Shown: piece by piece, positions 7,645-16,196 of the stretch
Layout of the letters: every line of letters begins with the position of its first letter
How positions within the stretch are numbered: position 1 is the stretch's first letter
Virus record (IMG/VR): IMGVR_UViG_3300018083_000059
Location: 1-42,521 of that record
DNA length: 42,521 bases
From: a virus
Reading direction: 5' to 3' (one strand)
Notes under the pieces: generated by a model
Seen by the model: the letters and a program-made list of their open reading frames with translations, nothing else
Database searches by the model: none
What the model was told of the DNA's origin: nothing
Translations under genes and position numbers: made by a program

Positions 7645-7983
7645 ATGGCGGCGGTCTTCCCGGCGGCCAAATACCGGAGCGTCGGCGTCAACCTCACCGG
7701 GACGACCGTGACCACCATCATCACCGTGCCCGACGAGGCGGCCTATGACGTGGTGTGGATCGCCGTCGCCGACGCCACTGGCCATCCGGTCGACTGCCTG
7801 ATCGAGTGGGTCGACGACTCCGCGGCGACGAACTACGCCCTGCCCAAGGCGGCCACCGAGGGCTTCATCGAGTGCATGCCGTTGCGCCTGACGCATGGTG
7901 ACCAGCTTCAGGTGACCGGCGCCGCCGGCTCAGATGTTACGGTGACCTACATTGAATATCCGGTCAGACCGGCAGGCACATGA
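7645..7983 (+). CDS. Hypothetical small beta-rich virion-module protein
   Basis: 112 aa, starts directly after the upstream TAG, good GC3. Confidence 0.55.
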   Translation: MAAVFPAAKYRSVGVNLTGTTVTTIITVPDEAAYDVVWIAVADATGHPVDCLIEWVDDSAATNYALPKAATEGFIECMPLRLTHGDQLQVTGAAGSDVTVTYIEYPVRPAGT

Positions 7984-8392
7984 TCTCCAGGTCGGGTTCT
8001 ACCAGTACACCGACGTCGCGGCCGCCTGGCCGGCGCTCGCCGAGTGGATTGAGCTCGGATGCTCTCGGCTGTCAGGCGAACTGACGCCGGACTGGATTCG
8101 CGATCTCGCCATCAAGGGTCTTGCCTGGATCTTCGAGGTCCGCGGGGCTGACGGCAAGCCGCAGGGCGTCCTCGTCCTCGAGGTCCGCGACTGGCCTTCC
8201 GGCGAGCGGGTGGCGCAGATCCTCCTGCTTGCCGGCAAAGATATGTATCGCTGGCTGCACTTCCTCGACGACATCGAGCAGTTCGTGAAGCTTAACGGCA
8301 TCAGCCGGATTCGATTCGAGGGGCGCTTCGGCTGGGAGCGGGCGCTCAAGGATTACCGCCCGGTAAGGACGGTCATGGAAAAGGTGCTTTAG
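7952..8392 (+). CDS. Hypothetical protein (possible GNAT-like fold)
   Basis: Only a TTG start is available in frame (7952), overlapping the upstream gene by 32 nt. The strand-helix pattern VLVLEV...AQILLLAG...IEQFVKLNGISRIRFEGRFGWERAL is weakly acetyltransferase-like. Confidence 0.35.
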   Translation: MNIRSDRQAHDLQVGFYQYTDVAAAWPALAEWIELGCSRLSGELTPDWIRDLAIKGLAWIFEVRGADGKPQGVLVLEVRDWPSGERVAQILLLAGKDMYRWLHFLDDIEQFVKLNGISRIRFEGRFGWERALKDYRPVRTVMEKVL

Positions 8393-8394
8393 CT

Positions 8395-9783
8395 ATGGGC
8401 GGGACATCGACAACCACGCCAACCACGACGGAACCCTGGCAGCCGACGCAGGACGCGTTGATGAGCAATGTCGGGTCGGCGCAGGAACTGGTGAAGCAGG
8501 GGGTCGGCTATAACCCGGCCAGTTTCGACCTTCTGTACACGCCGCAGAACTGGTGGACGCAGCAGGGTCAGCAACAGCTTGGCAATGTCGCGGCGCGCGG
8601 CGACGAGCTCGGCCAGAACGCCTATGGGCAGAACAACGCCCTGGCGGCGTCGGGGGGCATCCAGAACTGGCAGCAGCCTTCCCTGCAGAGCCTCAGCAAT
8701 ATCGCTACCGGGGCCAACCGCATCGACACTGGCGACCTCTACCGACAGATGGCTGGTGGCGGTGGCATCGACGCCACCGGTATGTACAATCTCTACGGCC
8801 AGATCCAGGGCACGCCGGGCGCCAATCAGCAGAATCTCGGCGGCCTCGCATCTGGCAATGAGGGGATCAACTACAGCGGGCTGATGCCCCTTTATAACCA
8901 GGCTCAGCAACCGGGCGCGGCGCAGTTTGGCCTGACCGATATTGCCATGGGGAGACAGCTCGACCCCCAGAACGATCCCTATTACTCCAGGGCCCTTGAC
9001 ACCGAGAGCCAGAGGACCGCCGACCAGGCCAACCGGGCCTTTTCGAATATGGGTCGCTATGGCTCGGATGTTCATGAGCGTGGCGTTACCGAGGCGGTCG
9101 GCAATGTCCGCACCAATGCTCTCAACGAGCAGTACGGGCGCAACCAGGCTCTGCAGCAGCAGGCGGCCGGGCTGATTTCCAACGAACAGCTAGGGCGGCA
9201 GGCCCAGCAGGCAGGCATCCTCGGCCAGATCATCGGGGCGCAGCAGCAGAACATCGGCAACCGGATGGGCGCTTCCGGGCAGATCGCCAACGAGCAGCAG
9301 GGCAGGTTCGGCCAGCAGGCGGGGCTTCTCGGCCAGATCGCCGGGGCGCAGGGCCAGAACTTCGGCAACCAGCTGCAGGCCATCCAGGGCCTGACGCAGA
9401 CCCAGGGCGCCAATCTCGCCAACCAGGCGGGGGCGGCCCAAGGGATCAACAGCGCCGCCGGCCAGACGGCGAACATCCTCGGCAACCTCGGCCAGAACGC
9501 CTCGACGCTTTACGGCAACCTCTCCAACCCAGCCCGCCTCGCCCTGGAGACCGGCAAGATCGGCGAGGGCTACGACACGCAGATGCGGCAGTCGCTGCTG
9601 GACATCTACAACCAGGGGCAACAGGCGCCGTGGCAGCGGCTGTCGGCGGCGAATGCGATTTACGGGCTGGGCGGCTCGCTGGGCCAGTTCAACACCAAGA
9701 CATCGACGGTGCCGGGCAATGCCAACGGTGTCGGCGACATGCTCGGCAGCCTGTTCAAGCTGGCGCCGATGTTCGGGCTGTGA
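8395..9783 (+). CDS. Putative internal virion protein, Q/G/N-rich
   Basis: 462 aa. Degenerate repeats such as QQAGILGQIIGAQQQNIGN / QQAGLLGQIAGAQGQNFGN. Position is equivalent to the T7 gp14-type ejection proteins. Confidence 0.45.
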   Translation: MGGTSTTTPTTTEPWQPTQDALMSNVGSAQELVKQGVGYNPASFDLLYTPQNWWTQQGQQQLGNVAARGDELGQNAYGQNNALAASGGIQNWQQPSLQSLSNIATGANRIDTGDLYRQMAGGGGIDATGMYNLYGQIQGTPGANQQNLGGLASGNEGINYSGLMPLYNQAQQPGAAQFGLTDIAMGRQLDPQNDPYYSRALDTESQRTADQANRAFSNMGRYGSDVHERGVTEAVGNVRTNALNEQYGRNQALQQQAAGLISNEQLGRQAQQAGILGQIIGAQQQNIGNRMGASGQIANEQQGRFGQQAGLLGQIAGAQGQNFGNQLQAIQGLTQTQGANLANQAGAAQGINSAAGQTANILGNLGQNASTLYGNLSNPARLALETGKIGEGYDTQMRQSLLDIYNQGQQAPWQRLSAANAIYGLGGSLGQFNTKTSTVPGNANGVGDMLGSLFKLAPMFGL

Positions 9784-9794
9784 GGTAGATCGCC

Positions 9795-11129
9795 ATGGCT
9801 TACGGTGGGCTTCTCGACATCCTGCAGGGCATCCTCGGCCAGCAGGGACAGGGCTACGGCCAAGGCCAGGACCAGGGCAGCGGCATCCTGGGGATGATGG
9901 CGCAGCGGCAGCAGCAGGTGCCGACTAATCTGGCGACCGATAACGTTTATGGGCAGGGGTTGCTTGGTCAAGCAGGCAACGACCGACTGCTGGGTGCCGA
10001 CCTTGGCAACACCGGGGCCGATCGGCTTGGCGCGCCTGCCTCGGGGCTAGCCGACTATAGCGGCGGCCAAGGCACTGACACGCTTGGTCTTGGCGGGGCC
10101 GCAGCAGTTCCTGCACCTGCGGCGACGGCCACAAATACGGCAGCGCCTGCCGCTCAAGGCGGCGGCTTGCTCAGCGGCCTGTTCGGCGGCGGCGGGGGCA
10201 CAGCTGGCGGTGCGGGTCTCGCCGGCCTCGGCGGATGGGTTCAGAAGAACCCGGCGGCGATCGACGCCCTGGTCACCGGCTTTGCCAACATCGGCAACAA
10301 GAACGTCGGCAATCCCTTCCTTTACGGGGCGTCGCAGGCGGCACCGGAGTTCAAGGAGCAGAAAGCGCGGGACGAGCTCGAAAGCCGGCAGGAAGCGATG
10401 AAGTCGGCGATGCTGAAGCTCGGCTATCCGGCTGAGCTGGCTGCGGCGGCCGGGAAGATTCCCGAGCTTGGGACGACCGTCATTTCCCAGGCGCTGAAGC
10501 CGCGGGAGGCCAAGGACGCGCCGGCGCTCATGCAGGAATACCAGTATGCCGTGAGCCAGGGCTTCAAGGGTTCGCTCTTCGATTATCAGAAGGAATTGAG
10601 GCAAGCAGGCGCCACGACAGTTACCATTCCTCCCGATCGCGAGAAGTTGTCGCCCGGCTATCGCTGGGTGGACCCGAACGATATCAGCAAGGGTGAGGTA
10701 CCGGTTACTGGCGGCCCTGCCGAGCAGATGCCGGCTGAACTCGCCGCCCGTGTCGGCCTCGCCAAGGATGCCTTGAAGAAGCTGGACACGGTCGAGCAGG
10801 CGGCCAAGGAAGGCGTAATGACCGGCCCGATCGATTACACGACCGGCACCGTTCTAGGCCGCGGCAAGGCTGGAGAGATGTCGCGTGAACTCAACGCCGG
10901 GTCGGAGGCACTGGTTCGCATGCTCACCGGTGCCGGCATGAATGCGAGCGAGGCGAAGCGGGAGGCCAGCCAGTATCTGGTGCAGCCCACCGATAATGCG
11001 GAAACGCTGGCCAACAAGGTTTCGCAGCTGAAGCGCCGCCTGCAGGCGACGATCGTCGAGGCGACGCGCGGGAGAGGCGGCGTCAACCCGGCATCGCAGA
11101 CGACTGGTGATCCGGCAGGGATACGCTGA
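9795..11129 (+). CDS. Putative internal virion protein, Gly-rich N-terminal half
   Basis: 444 aa. Low-complexity G/Q/A N-terminus and structured C-terminal half. Lies in the series of large virion genes. Confidence 0.45.
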   Translation: MAYGGLLDILQGILGQQGQGYGQGQDQGSGILGMMAQRQQQVPTNLATDNVYGQGLLGQAGNDRLLGADLGNTGADRLGAPASGLADYSGGQGTDTLGLGGAAAVPAPAATATNTAAPAAQGGGLLSGLFGGGGGTAGGAGLAGLGGWVQKNPAAIDALVTGFANIGNKNVGNPFLYGASQAAPEFKEQKARDELESRQEAMKSAMLKLGYPAELAAAAGKIPELGTTVISQALKPREAKDAPALMQEYQYAVSQGFKGSLFDYQKELRQAGATTVTIPPDREKLSPGYRWVDPNDISKGEVPVTGGPAEQMPAELAARVGLAKDALKKLDTVEQAAKEGVMTGPIDYTTGTVLGRGKAGEMSRELNAGSEALVRMLTGAGMNASEAKREASQYLVQPTDNAETLANKVSQLKRRLQATIVEATRGRGGVNPASQTTGDPAGIR

Positions 11130-13351
11130 TGCCAAGGCCGATAGACGATGCTCGGGTTAATCTTCCGCAATACAACAATCTAAGCGACGATCAGTTTGCC
11201 GAGGTTTTGCATAAGAAATTCTACTCCGACATGTCGCGCGAGGAGGCCGATTCCAAGCTCGGCATCTCGCGATTGTCGGCTGTTGGGCCTTTCGGCGAAG
11301 GCACTGCGCCGCAGGAAGATTCGCCGCTCAAGACGGCGATGGAACAGAAGATCATTGAGCGAAACGACCCCGGTCTTCTCGACACGATCCTCCGCGGTGC
11401 CGGCAATCAGTTCAATCTCGGCTTCGGCCCCCAGGTTCGATCCGGCATCAAGACGGGGTTCGGGCTTCTCGGCGATTATGACAAGGCGCTTGAGGAGGAC
11501 CGCGCAAAATACGAAGGCGGCAAGGCGGCGCATCCGGGTGCCGCAATAGCGTCGGAGGTCGGCGGCGCTGTGGGATCAGCGTTGCTTGCGCCCGAGTTCC
11601 AGCTCGCTCGTGCGGCTCCCATCGTTCAGGGCCTCGGGAAGCTTCTGCCGAGGGCGGTCCCAAGGCTTACTCGCGCCACTCAGCCGGCAGCAACGATCGG
11701 CGAGCGCCTGAACCGGGCAGCGACAACCGGCGGCATTTATGGCGGCATCTCGGGTGTCGGCAATGCCCAGGCTGATAATCCACAAGATGCGCTGCTGGGC
11801 GGCGGCATCGGTGCGGCGACCGGCGCCGTGCTGGGGCCGGCGGTGTCGGGAGCGGTGTCGGGACTTGGCGCTGGCGCCCGGTGGGCCGCCGACCGTGCGC
11901 GGAGTGTGCTCGGCCCGGAGGGGCAGGCGCAACGCCTCGTGACCCGCGCCCTGGAGCAGGATCGAGTCGGGCGTGACTTAGCGGCTGGGCTGCCTCCGAA
12001 AGCCGATGAGGCAGTACAGGAGGCTCAGCAACGGCTTGGAACGGCGCTCGATCAGGGGCAGCCGGCGATCATCGCCGATGTCGGTGACACTGCGACACGA
12101 AGTCTTGCGCGGACGGCAGCCAACGTCTCGCCGGTCTCCAGGCAGGCGGTCGAGAACGTCACCGAGCCGCGGTTCAACCAGCAGGGGACCAGGGTCGCCG
12201 GGTTCATTCAGAACCTCACCGGGGCAGGCGGCGATACGACTGCAACTCGGGAAGCCGTTCAAGCGGCGGCACGCCGGGCCAACCGGCCAGCTTATGCCCG
12301 TGCTTATGCTGAGGGCGAGGCCGGTGTCTGGACCTCGGAACTGGAGGGGCTTACGGCCGCACCGGCGGTGCAGGATGCGGTGCGCGGAGCGGTCAAGACT
12401 GGCGCTAACCGAGCTGCTGCCGAGGGGTTTCGGCCGCCGCGGAATCCTTTCATCCAGGCTGAGGATGGAACACTGCAGCTCGCACCCGGCGTAAGGCCGA
12501 CGCTGCAGTTCTGGGACCATGTCAAGCGCAATCTCGACGGCGCGATTGGCGTGGCACAGAGGGCAGGAGACAACACTAAGGCGGGTGAGCTGCAAGATCT
12601 GCGCACGGCGCTTCTGCAACAACTCGACGCTGCGGCGCCGTCCTATCGGGGCGCCCGGCAAGGCGCTGCGGGCTACTTCGGCATGGATGACGCGCTTGAT
12701 GTTGGCCGGAACTTGGCTCGCGGCATCAAGATGGAATATCCCGACATCGCTCGCGGCCTGGCCGGCATGAACGAGGCCGAGCGCCGGCTGGCGCGTGAGG
12801 GCTATGTTAATAGCGTGATGGACCAACTTACCGACATCCGCGATCGGCGAGATGTAGTGAACGCTTTGCCGGCATTCTCGACCGAGAAGGGTCGTCGCGT
12901 GGCGAACATGATTCTCGGCGCTGACAATGCCGCACGGCTTGAGGATTTCATCCACGTTGAAAATATCATGAACCGGACCCGGCAGGAGGTGTCGGGCAAC
13001 TCGACGACCGCCCGGCAGCAATTTCTTCAGCGAAGCCTCGGGGTGACGACGGAGGGCACTTTAGCCGGCGGTGCGGCCTTGTATGCGGGTCAAGGCGATC
13101 TCAGTGACCCCAAGACCTATCTGGCGCCATTACTCGTCATGGGAGCGCGCCGGGCCGGTCAGTATTTCGATCGGCGGGTGATGGAGCAGGTCGGCCGGCT
13201 ACTGGCCTCGGACGACCCGCAGCAGCTCAATCAGGGCCTGCGAATTGTGGCCCGAAATCAAGGCGTGCGTCAGGCGCTGAATTATGTCGATCAGATGCTG
13301 CAGCGGCCGGCGGTCACGAATCCAGCAGCGCAGCAGGGTCTGCAGCAGTAG
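11129..13351 (+). CDS. Putative internal virion (core/ejection) protein
   Basis: 740 aa, TGATG coupling to the upstream gene. Size and position are comparable to T7 gp15. Confidence 0.45.
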   Translation: MPRPIDDARVNLPQYNNLSDDQFAEVLHKKFYSDMSREEADSKLGISRLSAVGPFGEGTAPQEDSPLKTAMEQKIIERNDPGLLDTILRGAGNQFNLGFGPQVRSGIKTGFGLLGDYDKALEEDRAKYEGGKAAHPGAAIASEVGGAVGSALLAPEFQLARAAPIVQGLGKLLPRAVPRLTRATQPAATIGERLNRAATTGGIYGGISGVGNAQADNPQDALLGGGIGAATGAVLGPAVSGAVSGLGAGARWAADRARSVLGPEGQAQRLVTRALEQDRVGRDLAAGLPPKADEAVQEAQQRLGTALDQGQPAIIADVGDTATRSLARTAANVSPVSRQAVENVTEPRFNQQGTRVAGFIQNLTGAGGDTTATREAVQAAARRANRPAYARAYAEGEAGVWTSELEGLTAAPAVQDAVRGAVKTGANRAAAEGFRPPRNPFIQAEDGTLQLAPGVRPTLQFWDHVKRNLDGAIGVAQRAGDNTKAGELQDLRTALLQQLDAAAPSYRGARQGAAGYFGMDDALDVGRNLARGIKMEYPDIARGLAGMNEAERRLAREGYVNSVMDQLTDIRDRRDVVNALPAFSTEKGRRVANMILGADNAARLEDFIHVENIMNRTRQEVSGNSTTARQQFLQRSLGVTTEGTLAGGAALYAGQGDLSDPKTYLAPLLVMGARRAGQYFDRRVMEQVGRLLASDDPQQLNQGLRIVARNQGVRQALNYVDQMLQRPAVTNPAAQQGLQQ

Positions 13352-13586
13352 GGACGACCTCGGCCTCGACCCGCTCCAGCCGCTCGTCGATGTCGTTCAG
13401 CCGCTTCTGGATCGAGTCCAGAGCATCGACGACGCGATCCAGCCGGGCGGTGAAGTGCTTTTCAAAATTGACCAGACTGCCGCTCTGATCAGTGAATTGC
13501 CGCGACAGGCGGGCGTCCATCTGGGCGATCTGGTCAGTGAGCAGGTGGAAGATTTCCGCGAATGTGAGGTCGTTCATGGTCGCCAT
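13314..13586 (-). CDS. Hypothetical coiled-coil protein encoded antisense to the virion module
   Basis: The minus-strand reading has high GC3 (CTG, GAC, ATC, CGC codons) and a plausible sequence (MATMNDLTFAEIFHLLTDQIAQMDARL...). The plus-strand shadow ORF looks non-protein-like. Confidence 0.55.
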   Translation of the reverse strand: MATMNDLTFAEIFHLLTDQIAQMDARLSRQFTDQSGSLVNFEKHFTARLDRVVDALDSIQKRLNDIDERLERVEAEVVPTAADPAALLDS

Positions 13587-13637
13587 GCTTGACGCAAGCA
13601 AGCCTCGGCCGCAACCGCGTCTTTAGAGGGAATCCCG

Positions 13638-16196
13638 ATGGCATCATCGCAGCGTGAGGGCATCACCATCAGCACACGCGACCTCGACCTGATCGCCCGT
13701 GTCGTAGCGTCGGAAACCCCGAACAGTTGGCTCCGCAGCGAATCCGGCGCGAACGGCGTCAAGGGCGTCATTGACGTCATTCTCAACCGGGCAAGCTCGG
13801 GCAGCTATCCGAGCAGCATCGAAGACGTGCTGAACCAAAAGGGGCAGTTCTCGGCGGTTTCAGGCAACAAGAACGCAGCTGGTTCGGCCGATCGGTTGGG
13901 ACGGCCATCAAAAGAGATGTCCGAGTTCGTTACTGGCTATATCCGCGATCGCGCCAATGGGGCGCCTTCGGCGGTTGGCGGTGCGCTCAACTTTGCTAAT
14001 CCGCACTATTCAGATCCTCGCAACCTCTCCTGGATCAACGCCATGGAGCGGAATGGTGGCCAAACTTTCGGCCGCGGCGGCAAGGATATTCACGTTTACG
14101 GCACAGCACCGGGCGCGCGGTCGCATGAGGCGACCAATATCCGCCTGACGCGGGATATCTCATCGCCTGCTGCTGGTTCCGCCCGTGGGAGAACCCATGT
14201 CGCCGACCGCCTGCCCGACAACTGGCCGCGTGGCGGGCCGACCGCTTCCGGCTTCAATGCCGGGATCTTCGACCGTGTCGCCGATCGCGTCCTCCGCTTC
14301 GGCAACCCGCAGGCGCTTGGCGCGCCGCCGCAGCGCAACGTTGTGCAGGAAATGTTCGACAAAATTGGTCGTGGCCGGGCGGGCGTGCGCAGCGATGCCG
14401 TGCCGCCGAGCACGCAGCAGCGCCAGGCGACCTTGCGGCAGGGCATGGAAGGCCCGCAGGTCAAGGCGCTGCAGCAGGATCTGATCCGCGCCGGCCTCCT
14501 TGAGCTGAAAGACGCGGACGGCAAGTTCGGGCCGCAGACGGCGGCGGCGGTGCGGCAACTGGAGCAGATCAAAGGCTTGCCGACGCAGGATCGCGGCATT
14601 GCCGGCCGGGAGGTCTTTGGGGCGCTTCGTGGCGGGCAGATGCCGCCGCCGGTGCCGCAGGCCACACCGACGCAGAGAACGACGGGCACTGCGCCAATCA
14701 CGCCGGTCGAGCGCGGTCCCGCGCTTAATCCCCCAGCCATCCCACCGCCATCCCCCACCCCGGCCACCACATCTGGATGGACCCCGCCAGCTTCTCTCTC
14801 CAAGGAACGGCCGGCTGGGACGGGCACGATGGCTCCTGGCGCCACCACGTGGCTGCATGGCGGGCCGAGTGCATCTACCGCTGCTCCCCCACCCATCCCA
14901 CCGCCATCCCCCTCTCCATCCCCCACCAACTGGTCGTTGCCGGCTTACGGCGGGGCTGTTCCAGGCCCAGGGCCTCATCTCCCGAACACGGACGTCCAGC
15001 GAACCATCGCGGCCGAGATTGCGGCTACGCCGGCAGCAGGCCAGCGCGTCGCCAATCAAGCGCGCGATTTCGGGCCGCTCGGCGCTCAGTCGCTTACCCC
15101 CCAGTCGTTCCCGGATGCTTTTGCACCGGCAGCACGGACCTCAGGTATCCAGACTGGCCCGACGGCAAATCCGGCGCAGTTCCAGCCGCCGACATTGCCG
15201 CCGCAGTTCGGCCCCAACCCGCCACCGGGAGCCGCACAAGCACTTGGTGCCCAGCCAGCAACGCCGCCCATGTCGCCAGGGAGCGGCATGCTGGCATCGC
15301 AGGAGGCACGCCCGTCGATCAGGCCGGATGCCCTGGGGCCGCCGGGAGGCGCCGCCAACTATGCGCCGCGCGACATCGGCGCGCTGGCCCGCGGCATCGA
15401 GTCTCCGATGTTCAACCCGCCGCAGTCGACGCCGCAATTCCCTGCTACCGGATGGGCAGGCGCCCCAGGTGCGCCACCTTCGCCATCGCCGCAGCTCGGC
15501 CCGACGATCGCCGCCGCCAATGCTGCCTTTGGCGGGGGCATCCCGACGATCGGGGCGGCAACGGCGGCGCCTCCTGCGACGACACAGCGCGAAGTCCCGG
15601 ACGAGCAGCGGAAGGCCGAGCTGCAGAAGGCGATAACGGAGCGCATTGAGGATATGCGGACCGGAGCTGCCCCGCCCACTGCCGTCATGGCTGCGGCTGC
15701 GGGACAACCGCCCCCTGATTTCGGTCTTGGGCAGACAACCATCGGCACAGCCAACGACCCGTTCCCCAATTTCCCGACGCCGGGCCTGACATCTGTCGGC
15801 GATCGCGCCAATGAGCCGCGTCCCAGCCAATACGAGGCGCCGACCGGGGCTTTCCTCGGGGACATCCCCACCGTCGCGCCACCGCCCATGGAAAGCATCG
15901 TCCAGCCGCAGATCGACCAGGGCGGCCAGGGCCTCCTTGGCGGGCAGGGCCTCGGCGACCAGACGCCGGTCGAAGGGCCGGCTGCCGGCCGGTCTGACGC
16001 CCAAGGCGTCCTCGACGCCATCAGCCAGGCTGATTTCACCGGCGTCAACCAGCAGGATCAGCAGCCGGGCGGCGACCAGGGCGCAACAGCATCGGCGGCG
16101 AGCGGCGACAACCCATTCACATCCGCCCAGACTGCCGAGCAGCAGGGCATCCTGGCCATGCTCGAAGAGATGTTCGGCTCAGGGAGCACCAGATGA
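13638..16196 (+). CDS. Internal virion protein with N-terminal cell-wall hydrolase (SleB-like) and peptidoglycan-binding domains plus a long Pro-rich region
   Basis: DLDLIARVVASE...VIDVILNR...QFSAV is Hydrolase_2-like. GPQVKALQQDLIRAGL...DGKFGPQTAAAVRQLE is PG_binding_1-like. About 470 aa of P/A/G/Q low complexity follow. Confidence 0.75.
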   Translation: MASSQREGITISTRDLDLIARVVASETPNSWLRSESGANGVKGVIDVILNRASSGSYPSSIEDVLNQKGQFSAVSGNKNAAGSADRLGRPSKEMSEFVTGYIRDRANGAPSAVGGALNFANPHYSDPRNLSWINAMERNGGQTFGRGGKDIHVYGTAPGARSHEATNIRLTRDISSPAAGSARGRTHVADRLPDNWPRGGPTASGFNAGIFDRVADRVLRFGNPQALGAPPQRNVVQEMFDKIGRGRAGVRSDAVPPSTQQRQATLRQGMEGPQVKALQQDLIRAGLLELKDADGKFGPQTAAAVRQLEQIKGLPTQDRGIAGREVFGALRGGQMPPPVPQATPTQRTTGTAPITPVERGPALNPPAIPPPSPTPATTSGWTPPASLSKERPAGTGTMAPGATTWLHGGPSASTAAPPPIPPPSPSPSPTNWSLPAYGGAVPGPGPHLPNTDVQRTIAAEIAATPAAGQRVANQARDFGPLGAQSLTPQSFPDAFAPAARTSGIQTGPTANPAQFQPPTLPPQFGPNPPPGAAQALGAQPATPPMSPGSGMLASQEARPSIRPDALGPPGGAANYAPRDIGALARGIESPMFNPPQSTPQFPATGWAGAPGAPPSPSPQLGPTIAAANAAFGGGIPTIGAATAAPPATTQREVPDEQRKAELQKAITERIEDMRTGAAPPTAVMAAAAGQPPPDFGLGQTTIGTANDPFPNFPTPGLTSVGDRANEPRPSQYEAPTGAFLGDIPTVAPPPMESIVQPQIDQGGQGLLGGQGLGDQTPVEGPAAGRSDAQGVLDAISQADFTGVNQQDQQPGGDQGATASAASGDNPFTSAQTAEQQGILAMLEEMFGSGSTR

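Noticed and set aside
13284-13592. Plus-strand ORF (102 aa) filling the gap between the 740-aa and 852-aa genes.
   Set aside because: It is the mirror of the minus-strand ORF. The minus reading has the genome-typical G/C-ending codons and a protein-like sequence, while the plus product is Arg/Ser/Cys/Asp-biased and lacks an SD.
14599-15649. Two additional same-strand ORFs (345 and 290 aa) inside the 852-aa gene as possible overlapping genes.
   Set aside because: They exist only across the Pro-rich low-complexity region, where CCN/GCN-rich DNA lacks stop codons in all frames. Their products are Arg/Pro/Ser strings with no start signals.
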